The notes under the pieces: generated by a model
What the model was told of the DNA's origin: nothing
Seen by the model: the letters and a program-made list of their open reading frames with translations, nothing else
The model's database searches: none
Made by a program: the position numbers and the translations under genes
Source: Eledone cirrhosa
Taxonomy: Eukaryota
Reading direction: 5' to 3'
Assembly (NCBI GenBank): GCA_964016885.1
Contig: OZ024741.1
Span: forward strand, 353,462,001 to 353,526,000
DNA: 64,000 bases
Shown: positions 14,627-29,800 of the stretch, in pieces
How the letters are laid out: each line of letters begins with the position of its first letter
Position numbering within the stretch: position 1 is the first letter of the stretch

Positions 14627-14665
14627 TGAACCTGAAGATTGCGAAAGCATGAAAGTACTTGTTCA
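14627..14665 (+). ncRNA. Minimal type I hammerhead motif
   Basis: tgaac-CTGAAGA-t tgc GAAA gca t-GAAA-gtac-TT-gttca; 5-bp stem I, GNRA-capped stem II, palindromic stem III. Confidence 0.75.
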
Positions 14666-14851
14666 ATTAACACTTAGAATTTAATATTCTAACATACTAT
14701 TTCATTATAATACCATTATATATTTTAAAGGATTGTAAATAAAACGAGTAAATCAGACAAAGTTGGAATTCCTCTTATTAATATAATCTTCTATGCACAA
14801 TCATACACACCCGTGTATATTTACCTATCTATATCTCTCTCTATATATATG

Positions 14852-14938
<87 letters not shown>

Positions 14939-14939
14939 A

Positions 14940-15073
<134 letters not shown>

Positions 15074-15264
15074 TATATGTGTATATATATAACTTTGAAT
15101 AACTTTGAAATGTTTTGGCCAGTATTGGCCCAGGCCATGTCTAGCTTAATAGCACCACCTGGCGAAGTCTTTCAATTCAGGATTTGGGCACCATGGCCCA
15201 TTCGAGAAGAGAATTACTGTTTGCCGAGACATATCCGGGTGTGGGTGGTTTGTCCGGGATTGTA

Positions 15265-16100
<836 letters not shown>

Positions 16101-16631
16101 GTATAAAAGAGAAAACACAGGTAAGCATTAAGAGAAGGATTTTATTCAGGTATTTACGACCGTTTCATTGGTAAGTGCAACCTTATATTGCTATACTGCA
16201 TTCCTAGATGTTTGACTATATTGTGTGCCTCGTTGTTGATGTTTATCAGTGCCGCCTCATTAGTTTTTTTGTATTTCCTATGTAATTCCTTCCGTATGAA
16301 GCTATTGCATGTATTAACATCCATCGTATACACATATGAGGTTTTGTCCGCTTTGACAATAATTCCATTTGTGGTTCGCAGTTTTTTTAAGAATGTATTT
16401 ATGTCATTCTGGAGTTTATTATTCCTCCGCTTTTTGAATTTGGTATTCATAATCATCTTCAGTAAGTCCTGTTCAAAGGCATCCAGTTGAGGGTTGGTAG
16501 GTGGGTTCTTACACGATTTGAAGCCGTATGTTTCCTTTTTGTATTCCCCTTCTTGGCTATCTTTTCTTTTTTTCTTTCTCACCCCTTCTTTGCTTTTATT
16601 TTTGTCATTATTATCTTTATCTCTATATATA

Positions 16632-16690
<59 letters not shown>

Positions 16691-17272
16691 TCCCTCTCTT
16701 TCTCCCTCTCTATCCATCCCTCCCACTATGATCAATTTAATTCTCTTTAACTCACTACATTCCACGACATGAAGTCTGGTATCAAAACTGACCAAGGAAT
16801 CCTTCCACCTCTACCCCTTCCTCCATCTCAGTTTGTCACTCTACTTCCTACCTCTTCCCCCTTTGTCTCTCTCTATACTATTCCGTCTGTCCCTTCATCT
16901 TCTGATTCCTCTCTCTCTATACTAGTAAATACAATTCAAAATAAATGTTTTTCTCTATATATTAAGAATTATTTCAAGAGTTATTTACTATTTTGAAAAT
17001 TTGGACTGTGAACAACAATTATAATTGAGTGGCTGCTATTTGCAGTATAGCAATATAAGGTTGCACTTACCAATGAAATGGTCGTAAATACCTGAATAAA
17101 ATCCTTCTCTTAATGCTTACCTGTGTTTTCTCTTTCATACTTTATACTCCAAGATTGAACGGAATTCTTACAAACTTGTGGAGTTACCCCTAACCGTACG
17201 TTGAAACCATCCAGGAAACTGGCTTTCTTAACCAAAAACTGGATCAGAATAAGCAATTTTTTGCTTCTCTAA
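16101..17272. mobile_element. Penelope-like element remnant (second family) with inverted ends and an N-terminal ORF fragment on minus (~16200-16540)
   Basis: YGFKS..PP..LDAFEQDL..IVKADKT motif typical of the PLE RT N-terminal region; 16101-16200 inverted vs 17041-17140. Confidence 0.7.
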
Positions 17273-17289
17273 CTATATATATATATATA

Positions 17290-17488
17290 TTTCGTTTCTG
17301 AATTTGTTTAGCAAGATTCTTTATCTGAAAACGTGTGTTGAAACCGATATTGTTATACTTTGGGAAGGTCATGTTGCCAATAAGAAACACACGCACCAGT
17401 CGCTTTCACTTCAATTTATTGTAATAAATTGAAGTGAAAGCGACTGGTGCGTGTGTTTCTCATTGTCAACATCACCCTCCCAAAGTAT

Positions 17489-17495
<7 letters not shown>
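17290..17495. mobile_element. Short fold-back copy of the family at 26615-27385 / 32496-33046
   Basis: Shared tactttgggagggtcatgttgccaataa...ttcacttcaatttatt sequence; hairpin centre ~17421. Confidence 0.7.
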
Positions 17496-17544
<49 letters not shown>

Positions 17545-17730
17545 ACATATATATTTATTAAAATAACAGATTAAAGTTTAAGCAAAGAATCGCTGCTTTC
17601 ACCCTTAACAGGATCTTCTGAAACTAATCTGTTATTTTAATAAATATTTGCTCTACGGTTCTTATATATTTGATATATATTTATCGTTATCGAGCCCTCT
17701 TTAGATTTTAGTCTTCAAATTTATTATTAT

Positions 17731-17791
<61 letters not shown>

Positions 17792-18199
17792 CAGTTTAAC
17801 ACATTTTTATCCCCATATTCTCGTGAAAAGGTCTTTCACCTATATGAACGGCTCAAAGCCAGATGCGATTACATTATCTGTTTCACAGCTTACGGCTCGA
17901 CTCCGATTCAATTAGCTTATCAATGCGCTTTCATGATCACCGGCAGTTCAGCTATGTTTGTCTAAATGTGTTGGGCATATATTTATACATACAAGCCACT
18001 CCCAGATCATATATTCCAAAATAAAGTGATAAATCAGTGGATCAGTTAGCTCTATTTGATTGGATCAATGAACATCTCATCGTCCCTCAGTATGTAGATG
18101 TCCAATACAACTGAGACGACATTAAGTGCAGGTCAACTTTCTGGCAGATTGAGCCTTCCTGTTTTTCTTCTACCTCGAAATCAAACAGCAGCTGATGGC

Positions 18200-18650
18200 T
18201 CAATTCTGTGACCTCCTCATCAACTAGCACCCTTCTTCGTGATGAATGCACTCGTATCGGATGGCCGGACGCCTCTGCATGTGTGAGTCGCACAAATGCC
18301 GTTGAAGAACCGTTGTTTATGGGTTCTGTTTGCACCCGTCGGTTCCTTCAACACGTCACTCTGAACAACATAATCAGAAGACTTCATACGGTCGGCTTCC
18401 CAACACAACTGGAACAAGTTGGCCTCGGTCTCGCTGATAAACGCCCAGATAGGATAACTGTCTTCCCATTCGAAGGAGGTAAATCCCTCATTTGGGAAAC
18501 CCCATACCGCGGCTCATTCTACGTCTACAACCTTGCGGGTTCGACCACACAAACCGGGCACCGTCGTTCGTAATGCAGAATGACCGGCCGCTTCCTTTTC
18601 ATGCCTGTCGCCGTCGAGACCTCAGGTTTCCATAAATTGCAATAAATTCG
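18200..18650 (+). mobile_element. CRE-type non-LTR retrotransposon fragment (restriction-like endonuclease region), decayed
   Basis: H..LNNII..GFP..LE..GL...DKRPD.IT.FPFEGGKSLIW followed by F(M)PVAVETSG; matches the RLE domain pattern of CRE-clade elements. Confidence 0.7.
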
Positions 18651-19255
18651 TATCATTTAGCTGACGGCGTTATACGCCAAAGCTGTTATAGTATTTTACA
18701 TAGTCTCATTCCTGTGAGGAGGATATTAACTACAGCTAACATACATTCACAATTCAGTACTCGCTCAATGTTTTTAAAAATAGATTGTTTAAATACATCC
18801 TCGCCGATTGATAAGGCTTAAATAACGGAAACAATTTGTCAGCTCGATGTAACCGGTTGCATAGTTATCCGTTATATAGCAGGTGAGATTTCGAGTCCCA
18901 TAGGGGCTTATATGCCTAAATTTCTAGACTATTTTCAGAGTAAAAGTTATGCGTTGAAGCTGATAAATTTAATCTAACATACATTTAAAATTTATTCGGC
19001 GGGGATGGGGCAGATTGGTTGGGAAAGAGGCTTGCCTAGGCGAGTTTTGCTGTATTATGGACAGTAGTTAGAGGGTCAACTTCCTTCACATTTGCGCCTG
19101 CGCAAAGCTGTGGAATCAGGACTCACAAAGGAACGGGCGAAGGCTTCAAAAACATCATCTTTGTCCATTTCCTTGTTGTTTAAGTTTGGATGGCCTCGAG
19201 AATGTAACCTTATTAGGTAATGAAACTGTCTGGTGAGATCATGGCACTGGTCATC

Positions 19256-19304
<49 letters not shown>

Positions 19305-19417
19305 GGCGGGCTGACAATATATGTATGTATATTCACAATCCCTTATTTATGCATATATACATAAATACATACATACAGATATAAATACATGCATACATAC
19401 ATACATATATACATATA

Positions 19418-19688
19418 TGATGGCTGTCCCCTCGTTATCGAGTATGGCCATTGCACGATATACCATTATTAATAATTATTAATCAATTCTATCGTGCAAT
19501 GCCTGTGCGTGAAGATATTTTTTAAAGTGAGGAAAGACTGTGCACTGAGCCAATCCCACTCTCTGAGTGACAGTAGCTATAACCCGAAAAGAAGAAAAGC
19601 TCAACATCATCGGTAACTACTGAGCCGCAGGTTTTATATCGGGGTTATCCCAGTTTCCTGAGTTGCCGTCTAGAAGAATGCCCTCTAC
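19418..19688 (-). mobile_element. Short RTE-derived non-autonomous element (shares the RTE 3' tail ctcgataacgagggg.cagccatca)
   Basis: Tail matches 41063-41092 and 38910-38944; body similar to 38590-38730. Confidence 0.6.
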
Positions 19689-19693
19689 ATACA

Positions 19694-19727
<34 letters not shown>

Positions 19728-20593
19728 CATTACATTACATTACATTACATTACATTACATTACATTACATAGAAATTAAATACTCAAACTCAAGATAGAT
19801 TTCACCATAAAAAATGTTATTGCTGAAACTTTAAAATCGTTATTCATATTTTCACACAAGATTGTGAAAGAAGTAATTTTCACAAAACATATTTGAAAAC
19901 TGTCCATCGATCTTGTAGTAGTATGTATCATGAGATTGTCCTTGTGATGTGCTGTGTATAAAATGGTTTCTTCTCCTGAGATATAATGTTTACGAATACC
20001 TATTTAGGGAATTCTTGAAGTGTCAAAGGTAATATTATAATCTAAATTATATATAGATCCGTAATGTCAGCGTTGAATATATTTCGCATTCACGGTTAAC
20101 CTTGTGCAGATTGAACTTACCAGTCAACAAGTACGAGCAGTACGATGTATATATAAAATAATTCGCCCCGGTATTTAGCACGTTACCAGAGGTTTTGTAT
20201 CGACACCGCTGCATCGCGTTGACATTTAATTGTCCAATTCGAACATGAAATGTAACTTCCTACAATTTCCCCCTTGATTCTGCATCTTGTTGAGCTTTTT
20301 CAGATTATTTCTAAATATGGCCATCAGTTTTGTGGAATTTCCTTTGCCTGCACATTTAAAAGATTTGCTATTGCTAAAAAACAACAAAAAAAAATACATC
20401 TGCTTCAATTTATACCCAAACATACATATCTAACGCTTCTTTTCAACTGATTGATATGATATGGTTGACTTCACTTTAGCAGAACTGAATCAATTATATA
20501 AGGAACTGAATATACCTCAACCATAACACAGCATATTGCACGATATAAGTCTTCTTACACGAAGATAGATCACCATAAATAATCAAATCTCTT

Positions 20594-20683
<90 letters not shown>

Positions 20684-20692
20684 ACTCACTCA

Positions 20693-20735
<43 letters not shown>

Positions 20736-21130
20736 TTCAAAAGCACCGTAAGCCTTCTTATGCAAATTAGCGTAGCTTTCATATCAGACTTTACACAACT
20801 AAGCGAAACTCGCATCAATCAGCGTGTAACTGCTTTCCTATAGATTATCTATGGTCTAATACACAAACTAACCATAAACGTAAGTTATAGCACTTTCTCC
20901 ACTTTCTTTTCGCGCCTTCTCACCCTCTTCCGAAATTTCTCATGAGTAGCCATTTTGAATTTTGCCTAAATATTAAAAACTGGTAGAGAATATATGTACT
21001 CTATCAGTCTATTTATTAGGACGAAACTCAATTTGAGATTGTATAATTTAAGTACTGTTTAAAGATCACATCTATCTCTTAAGCTGTTATTGAATTCTCT
21101 TTATTAAATTTTTCCCTAATCACACACACA

Positions 21131-21260
<130 letters not shown>

Positions 21261-21308
21261 GAGAGAAATAGAGATAGATAGATAGATAAATAAATTGATA
21301 GATAGATA

Positions 21309-24300
21309 AATTTCTTTATTAGCCACAAGGTCACAAAAGAAGGGGACAAATACAAATGGGGAGTTTACATACATGTATATGAAAATAAAACTATTAATAC
21401 AATAACAAATAACAATTGAAATCCCCAATAGGGGGGGGGGGGGTTACTAGGGGTTGTACACACCCCGAAAAAATGTACAACTCTCATCTCCAGGAGCACC
21501 AAGAGTGAGTACTCCCTTCCTATCTTCCTCTTTTTCCTCAACCTACAGGCTTATATAGAGAGAAGGCCCAACCACTCGGGCCATCTTTGCCACATTTACC
21601 CACCTTTTATAAAATTTGCTGGAGTACAGCACCTCTCTCTCCATCCTGATTCTTCTTCCAAAATGATATTTGAAAAAACGAATCAGTTGCTCGTCGGAGA
21701 GAAAGGTGTCTGACCTCAGCCCTTTTAACCTCGTGCACCATATAACCTCTTTCACCATAGCCATACACATAGGAAAACCGCCTCTCCCTCGTATTTGAAG
21801 GAGGGTGGCGGTTTGATCATGAACATGGATTCGGTAGTCAACTGGATTGGTCCCACCCGCGACAATAGTCGTTCTACATAGCCTCACAGGTCGGTAACGC
21901 CCGAGCAGTGTATAAATGCGTGCGCGACGGTTTCCTCGTCGCGCACGCATCTCGGACAGATCTTTTCCGAAGGGTCCCTGCCCGGGCGCCCGTGTCTGTA
22001 GAGTCTGTCTCGAACTGGTAGAGCTCCTCGGTAGCACTGCCAGGCCAAGGACTTTTGGAAGTTGTCCATTGGTCCCAGGCGGAAGGTCCTACCGAACAGA
22101 TTGGCCAGTCGTCCTCCTCTACGCCTAGAGTTTCTCCGAGCGCGTCGTCGCACTTGCTATGGACCAACCCTCTATAGAATGTCGAAGTGAAGTCTCCACT
22201 GATCGCCGGGTCCGTTTGCCAGAGGACTGTGAGCGCCTGAGCACATTCGATGTGCCAGTCGCCCATTTTCCTCGGTCTTTGCTTGACCCAGGACTGCAGC
22301 TCGGTCGGTGAGACGAGTCGTGGGGAGGCTCGCCTCACGAACGGGCCCACACCGGTTGTCGGGGGAGGAATACGTGAAGGTGCCGCAGCCTTAGCGCGCG
22401 TTTGCGCATCGTAAGCCACGGCATCCTCAGCCCTCCGTTTGAAGGGTGTTGGCAGCAGATGGATCTTTTCACCAAAGGAGCCCGTTTCTTCCAAAGGTAT
22501 TGGAAGAGCGCGCCCTCCACTTTGGTGAGCGTTTTGGCTGCACAAGGCACGACGGTCAAGCGGTAGTAGATGACGGATGCTATAAAAGTGTTCGCCACCT
22601 CCGCTCGACCTTTCAAGGATAGTTTGCACTCGGCCTACTTCTGGGTGAGCGCAAACACCTCAGCCGTCACCTCGTTCCAGTTCTTCTCCACCTGGAGGTC
22701 CAGACCAAACCAGACCCCGAGCAGTTTTTCCGGTCCTTCCGTCCAGCGTCCGACGACGCCATCGGAAGGTATCGGTTTACCTCTCCACGTTCCGAGCTTC
22801 GCTCCTGTGACCCTTCAGTATTCCTCCAGTAAGGTGCCGATCTCCTCGATTTGCGAGGTACTCGACACCATTACTGTTACGTCGCCGACGCCGCTTTTCG
22901 TAGTCGCGGTTCCAAACGGATGCCCTGCAATAGCTCCAACTTCCGCAGTAGTGGCTCGAGAGTCAGTACGTACAGAAGGGAGGAGAGAGGGCATCCCTGT
23001 CGGATGGATCGCGTGATATTGAACGGCTCCGAGAGGTAGCCATTCACCTTGACCCTTGAGCAGATGTTGCTGATGTGCATTGCAGCAATCCAGCCCCTGA
23101 ACACGGGTCCGAAGCATGCCGCCCCGAGCACCGCATCCAGGTAACGATGGTCAAACCTATCGAAAGCCTTAGACTGATCCAAGTTGATCAGGGCCCCACC
23201 GAAGCCGAGTTTACACCCTACCCTCTCTATGATGTATCGCATGAGGTGGAGGTTGTTGTGTATGGACCTGGTCGGTATTGCGCATGTCTGCGCTTCTCCC
23301 ACCAGGTTTTCGACGACAAGCGCCAGCCTCTTTGCCAACACCTTGGCCAAAATCTGTAACTCTGTGTTTAAAAGAGTTATGGGCTGGAAGTTGCCTATGT
23401 CTTCCCCTTTATTCTCATCCTTCCTGACTAACGTGACTACGCCCTTGGTCACAGAACTGGGAATTCTACCGTTCTGCTGCCACTTGCAGTAGACTGCTTC
23501 CAGGAGACCAGAGAACAAGTCTGGCATTGCTACGTAAAATTCGTAGGGTAGACCGTCGAGACCTGGAGATTTGCGTTTGCCACATTGGCTCAGTGCGCCT
23601 CCTATCTCAGCGGCCGAAATCGGCCTTTCGCAGAACTTCTCCTCGCTGTCCGAGAGTCGCGGTAGGCCGTCGAGGTATGGACCGGAATCCATAGCCCCTC
23701 CCGGCGCGCCGCCTGCCCGAACAGTTGAGCTAAGTGCCGCTGAAAGGCCGCGCACATCTGCTTCGGCTCACGTATTACGCATCCGTCTTGGTCCTTCAAA
23801 GACCGAATCGTGGAATTGTTGCCACTTTTCGCCTCCGTCACTCGAGCCCAGCTAACAGCTTTGGCTCCCTCGTTTCCCAGAGCACGTATTTTGCTTCTGA
23901 CAACGCAGCCTTCATGCTTTGCGTCGAAGAACTGGTCCAAGGCCGTAATCGTCGCTAGCACGCTGGCTACGTTTCCACTCCTAAGTGCCTCTTCTACTTT
24001 ATCTACCAGTTCCTTTTCGGTCTTATTTCTATCTAACACTAATTCTTTACTAAAACCTATCGAGTCTAATCTAACTGCCCTCTTGAGAGAATACCACCAT
24101 TTGTTGTTGACAATGGCCCCCGTCAAGTGCTGCTTAACTAAAGTGCTAATCCGTCTACTGTAGGCTTTGCATGTCGGTAACGACAAGTTCAGTTTCCAGT
24201 AGCCGGGTCCCTGTCTATGGTTTTTGTCAAGGTTGACTAAGCATGTCACTAATTTGTGATCTGAATAGGCAACCATGAACATTTGTGGACAGCTTAACAT

Positions 24301-25608
24301 GTCCCTATCCTTATTTCTAACTAGAACCCTATCTAGGTACGATCTAGATGTTCCGCTAAGATTAGTCCACGTCCACAGTGACACAGTCGGAAAATCTAGT
24401 CGATATCTATCGGCCAGGTCAAATCGGCTGATTAACTGTTTGAGACTGTTATACCCCCCTCTATCGGGACATGCTCCCACATAGTCCCAACGTGCATCTA
24501 GGATTCCATTCCAGTCCCCCACTAACAGCAGGGAGCGAGACCTTCCCAGAAAAGTCTCTAGACGTTTGAAGAAGTCTGGCCGCAGTGTCCCGGATGGGGC
24601 ATATGCGGCCACCAGCCTGAAGGCCCCACCTTCACTATCGTCAACGTCTAGGACCACCAGTCGACCCTCCGGGTCCAGATGTACCGTCTGTGTTACGAGA
24701 TCCAGGTGTTTCCGCAGCAAAACGGCAACCCCACCCCCACCTCCCGGCTGACAGAGAGATGCGTAGATCGAAGATGGTAGTCGTCGAAGATGGGGGCCAG
24801 TTGCGCCAGCTGTGGATCCTGGACTCGAAAATGCCTACTACATCCATACTGTGCGATCTGAGGTCGTTTAAGAGTTTGCCCTGTTTCCAGGGCATCCCCA
24901 GGCCGCGTACATTCACACATCCAACTTTTATATTGGCCATGCTGGTGCTGAAAAGTTAAAAGAAGAGGAAAAGAAATCACTCACCTCTTCGTCTCCTGGG
25001 GACTAGGCTGCACAATTTCCATGGGCGTGTTGGAGGGGTTGTTTGGTGGGGTGGTGGTCTCTGGCGTGGTGGGGACGGAGATATCTGGTGGGTGTCAGGT
25101 GGGGTGGGGGTGGGGAAACATTTCAAAAGAAAGTGGTTATAAGGTTTGACGCAGGCGTTACCTACGTCGTTAGAAAAGTTTTCTTTTAACTGTTTATGTG
25201 TGTCCATGGAGATCCTAATCATTTTAAGATTAGGATTCTCCGAAGAGGGTGTAAAAATTTTCCCTTCGGTCTCCACCGAAAGGTTTTCATATATGGTGTC
25301 TATTAAAGTTTTATTGTTAGTATTTATGTAGGTGTAACATTTTTGTTGTGTTGTGTTGCTTTTTCTCTGTGGTTCTTGTGTGTGTTTACGTTTTGTTTTC
25401 AGTTTTCAGTTTTTGTTTGTGCTGTTTGCGTCGCTTGTGTTGGTGTTTGTGTGTTTGTTGCATTTTTGTTTGTGTTATGTCTTTTCTTTTTTGTTTTTAC
25501 TGGTCGGGAAGGCTCTCCCTCATCGTCACAGGGTGACGATGTTGAGGCCTCCTCCGTGTTGTTGGGGAGATGTACATTTTGTGGAGCTTTTAAGTGTGTG
25601 GATGTTTC
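21309..25608 (-). mobile_element. Tx1-clade LINE, 5'-truncated and decayed, flanked by (GATA)n
   Basis: APE + RT + zinc-finger ORF2; AATAAA at 21315-21320 on minus; GATA repeats at both ends; 24950-25608 assigned less securely. Confidence 0.85.
21543..24940 (-). pseudogene. Tx1 ORF2 (AP endonuclease, reverse transcriptase, zf-RVT), frameshifted
   Basis: VNVRGL, GDWN, SRSYLDR, SDHK, GYWKLN, KSPGLDGLPYEFY, DQSKAFDR, RQGCPLS, CPRC..ETVAHAFIHC; YADD motif damaged near 22885. Confidence 0.9.
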
Positions 25609-25631
25609 ATAGATAGATAGATAGATATAGT

Positions 25632-25665
<34 letters not shown>

Positions 25666-25947
25666 CGTGCGTGTGTGTGTGAACTGAATATACCCCAACT
25701 ATATCACAACATATTGCACGAGATAATTCTTCTTACACGAATATAGATCACCATAATTAACCCAATTGCATGTGTGTGTGTCTGGATGTGTGAGAGTGAA
25801 GCAAATTTCCTTAATCACGATCATAACTACATCTTACGTCACCATATTTTTGGTCATAGGAATAAAAACACTAGGTAATAATTTAACGTTACCACACTGA
25901 TCTTTATGTGTGTGTAGTTTGAAGAAATATTGACATATTTTGTGGAA

Positions 25948-26085
25948 AGTTTTTAGCAGAGACTTTAATGGGAAATTATTGGATATTTCTTTCATTGTCT
26001 CAATGTTTCTCGGCCCCCTTCTCTCTCTGCTTTTATCTGCTTCTCACCTCTCTCTCTCTCTCTCGCTCACTCTCTCTCCTTCTCT

Positions 26086-26154
<69 letters not shown>

Positions 26155-26325
26155 CACAAATACATATATATGTATATATATATAACACAAATATATATAT
26201 ATATATAACACAAATATAGACACATATATGCATACATATATATATATGCATATACTAAGTATTGAGTACTCTGGTGCGTTATGGTCCATCTGGTTCCTTA
26301 CCACAATTCCTTCGTTATATATGCA

Positions 26326-26362
<37 letters not shown>

Positions 26363-26389
26363 GTATGTATATATGTGTCTGTATTTGTG

Positions 26390-26481
<92 letters not shown>

Positions 26482-26606
26482 GAGAGTGAGCGAGAAAGAG
26501 AGAGAGGTGAGAAGGAGATAAAAGCAGAGAGAGAAGGAGGCCGAGAACATTGAGACAATCAAAGAAATATCCAATAATTTCCCATTAAAGTCTCTGCTAA
26601 AAACTA
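25948..26606. mobile_element. Fold-back element (arms ~25948-26090 / 26477-26606) with a microsatellite-rich interior
   Basis: Inverted gtttttagcagagactttaatgggaaattattgg / ccaataatttcccattaaagtctctgctaaaaac. Confidence 0.6.
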
Positions 26607-26614
26607 TATATATA

Positions 26615-27385
26615 CTTCGTTATTGAATTTGTTTTGCAGGATTTCTTATCTGAAAACGTATGTTGAAACAGATATTGTTATACTTTGGGAGAGTCATGCT
26701 GCCAATAAAAACACACTCACCTGTGATTTTCACTTCAATTTATTAAACATTTTCGCCTAGCTGGTTGGTTCGAGAACCAGATGATTATCATTTCTACGGA
26801 GTTTTGCATAGCAAAATCAACGTCGATGGATGAGCACGATATACATGCTACCCTATAACCCATATCCACACACAGAAAAGTTGCGATGCTCAGACAAATA
26901 ACAGAGGCAACAAACTTAAACGAACTCCAACAAAAATTAAACAGAAACCATGAGTGGAGTAGTAACATCACAACTAGTCATTAAGGACAAAATGAAGATA
27001 TACAGACACACACAAAAACCTACCTAACATAACAAATCAGACACACACAGATAGAACAAACAACCAACTAGTGACAAGTAAATAAACACATAAATAAAGA
27101 AATAAAAACACACACAAACCCGGATGTAACGCATGCGCAAATTAAGCACACAACACACAAAAACAAGATGATGTAGGACAGAACAAAGGAGAGACACAAA
27201 ATAAAAACCCAGTCACTGAGGAGGTCACAAAATGTGTGATGAAAGAGCTTTGACAATATATAAACAACCATCCGGCTATCAAACTAGCCAACCAGCCAAC
27301 CGGAAATTTATAATAAATTGAAGTGAAAACCAAGAGGTGTGTGTGTGTTTTTATTGGCAACATGATCCTCCCAAAGTATAACAAT
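26615..27385 (+). mobile_element. Non-autonomous PLE-like element with inverted 5' arm and HHR
   Basis: 26670-26770 inverted vs 27290-27385; same family as 17290 and 32496. Confidence 0.7.
27212..27254 (+). ncRNA. Type I hammerhead motif
   Basis: gtca-CTGAGGA-g gtcac aaaatgt gtgat-GAAA-gagc-TT-tgac; decayed homologues at 32847-32889 (+) and ~32705-32747 (-). Confidence 0.65.
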
Positions 27386-27463
27386 ATATATATATATATG
27401 TATGTGTGTGTATGTGTGTGTGCATTTGTGTTATATATATAACATAAATGCACACACGCACAC

Positions 27464-27582
<119 letters not shown>

Positions 27583-28132
27583 TCTCTCCTGCTATATGCG
27601 TTAACTTACATCTACATGATTCAATAGCCGTCACAGACGTTATACGATACATGATATAGGGAATAAACAATGTTAATCAGTGTCGAAAGAAGATAAAATA
27701 GAAGACTAGCTGATGTAATAAATAATATGATACGAGATGCAAACAATTTATATGGTAGTAAATATGACGGGAAACTCAAGGCCCATGATTCCCATGCATG
27801 TATGTACATATTAAATGCAGACGCGCTGTCTACCGGTTATTTCACGTTCTACCAGCCAACAACGGTTTGATTTTCCAAAGTATCTCTATACTTGGTTGGC
27901 TGCCATGGAATCAGCAGAGTTGGTCCGTGCTTTCTGATAACCTGTATCCACTATATTGAGCGACTGCCGTTTATTGCATAAATCTATTTTATATAACGTA
28001 GCACAAGGCATATTTCCAGAGAAGAAGAAGAAGAAGAAGAAGAAAGTTTCTTGAACATTTTAAATCTGGCGGAACATAAGCGATTTCTTACAGAAAAGAA
28101 AAGATATATAGAAAGATAGATAGATAGAGAGC

Positions 28133-28202
<70 letters not shown>

Positions 28203-28985
28203 CCGGTAAGAAGAACCGACCACTGTACTGGATTAGTAATTTTGAAACGATGAAAGGCAAAATTGACCTCAGCAGGATTTGAAATAAGTGAGGCGATACA
28301 AATATCGAGGTATCTTTAACCCTTAGCGACGCTGGCAGAAATGTTTTATAAGTCGAGTACATGTTACTGGTACTGGTTTCATCGACCTATGGGAACTTAA
28401 AGAGCGAGTCAATACTTGCCATGATTCGATCTAGAAACCAAGTGTGACGAAAGTGGTAAGAATGAAGGAACAAGAATGTATTTAAACAGTGTCCGCTGAA
28501 GCAGACACCCTCACCTACGTCACCGTTACTGTGTATGTGCATGTGCGTGTGGGTGTGTGTATGTGCGTGAGAGTGTATTTATGTGTATGTGTGTGTATGT
28601 GTGTGAGTGTGTGTATGTGTGTGTGTATGAATGTGTGTGTGTGTGTATGAATTTGTGTATGTGTATGTGTGTAATTAAAAATGTCTTTCTTCCGCACTAT
28701 TTAAAACCATATTGCACCACTTCTTGAAATACTGCTGGATTCCCAGCTCTGGGCATCATACTTAATAGAATACAAAAAGCAATCATATTCATTTCCCTCG
28801 ACGTTTTTGATGGAATTCATAATAAGTCATTTAATTGTTTGAGCGTGAACCCATTCCGAACATGGATCAAACTCTCACCACTCACGTAAACATAAATTAT
28901 GTATCTTAGTTATTATTCAAAATGTCTGTTTAAGAGATACACGAATTTCTATATCCGTTAAAATTTCATTATAGGGGGGGGGGGG

Positions 28986-29198
28986 ATTGGTAGTATCGGT
29001 AGAGCGTCGAACATAGAGTTATGCTTTGCGGCATAGAGTTAGACCTCTTTACGATCTGTGTTCAAACACTGCAGAGGTTAGTTTTGCCTTCCATCCTTAC
29101 GGGGGCGATAAAAGTACCAGTCACACACTGGTTCGATTTAATCGACTTTTTCCTCGCCCCAAATTGCTGGCCTTGTGCCTAAATCAGAGACCATTATT
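28986..29198 (+). mobile_element. tRNA-derived SINE with Meta-like core
   Basis: TGGTAGTATCGGTAG A box, GTTCAAAC B box, gccttccatccttacgggggcgataaaagtaccag core, ggccttgtgcctaaa tail. Confidence 0.8.
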
Positions 29199-29624
29199 CT
29201 AGGTGAAAGAAAATGCATCATAAAAATGTAACCATCGTAAGGCTAATTTGAAGTTATCCTAAGAGAAGATAAGATACATGTCATTGGAGCTTCTGTGGTA
29301 AGAATTCCATTGGAATTCAGTGATTTAATTTAAAGTGTGAAAGTCTTGACATGTATTCACTCCACTATACAACCTGTCATTGTACAGTCTATCACTGTAC
29401 ACTCTGTCACAGTACAGTCTATCATTGTGCTACAGAGAGGACTATAAAACTCGGGCAACAACGCTGTATGGCACTGCTGGACGGTGCCATACTGGAGGAG
29501 GCACCACAATCGTAGCGATGGCCAGGCAGCTGCTGATGAAGGGAAAGTTATGTAGTGTAATATAGTGTAAACCGCATGTAGAATATATAAATAATTATTT
29601 TATATATATATATATATATATATA

Positions 29625-29800
29625 GGAAAAGACTCAGGACCCCGACGACTGAGCTCCGGCCGTTTCGACAGGTAGATCTAGCCGGAGCTCGTCCGTCGGG
29701 CTCCTGACTCTTTTCCTATTACCCACTCTACTACCGTAAGTATCGAGTACTCTAGTGCGTTATGGTCCACCTGGTATATTACCACACTTTCCTTGTTCTC
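29625..29800. mobile_element. Family A short fold-back element (half-hammerhead)
   Basis: ccccgac..tgagctc..ccgtttcgac hairpin plus tattacccactctactacc...ttatggtccacctgg tail; (TA)n flanks. Confidence 0.75.

Noticed and set aside
29372-29432. 15-bp minisatellite resembling the 16-bp satellite
   Set aside because: Only ~4 diverged units with a different period; similarity is unconvincing
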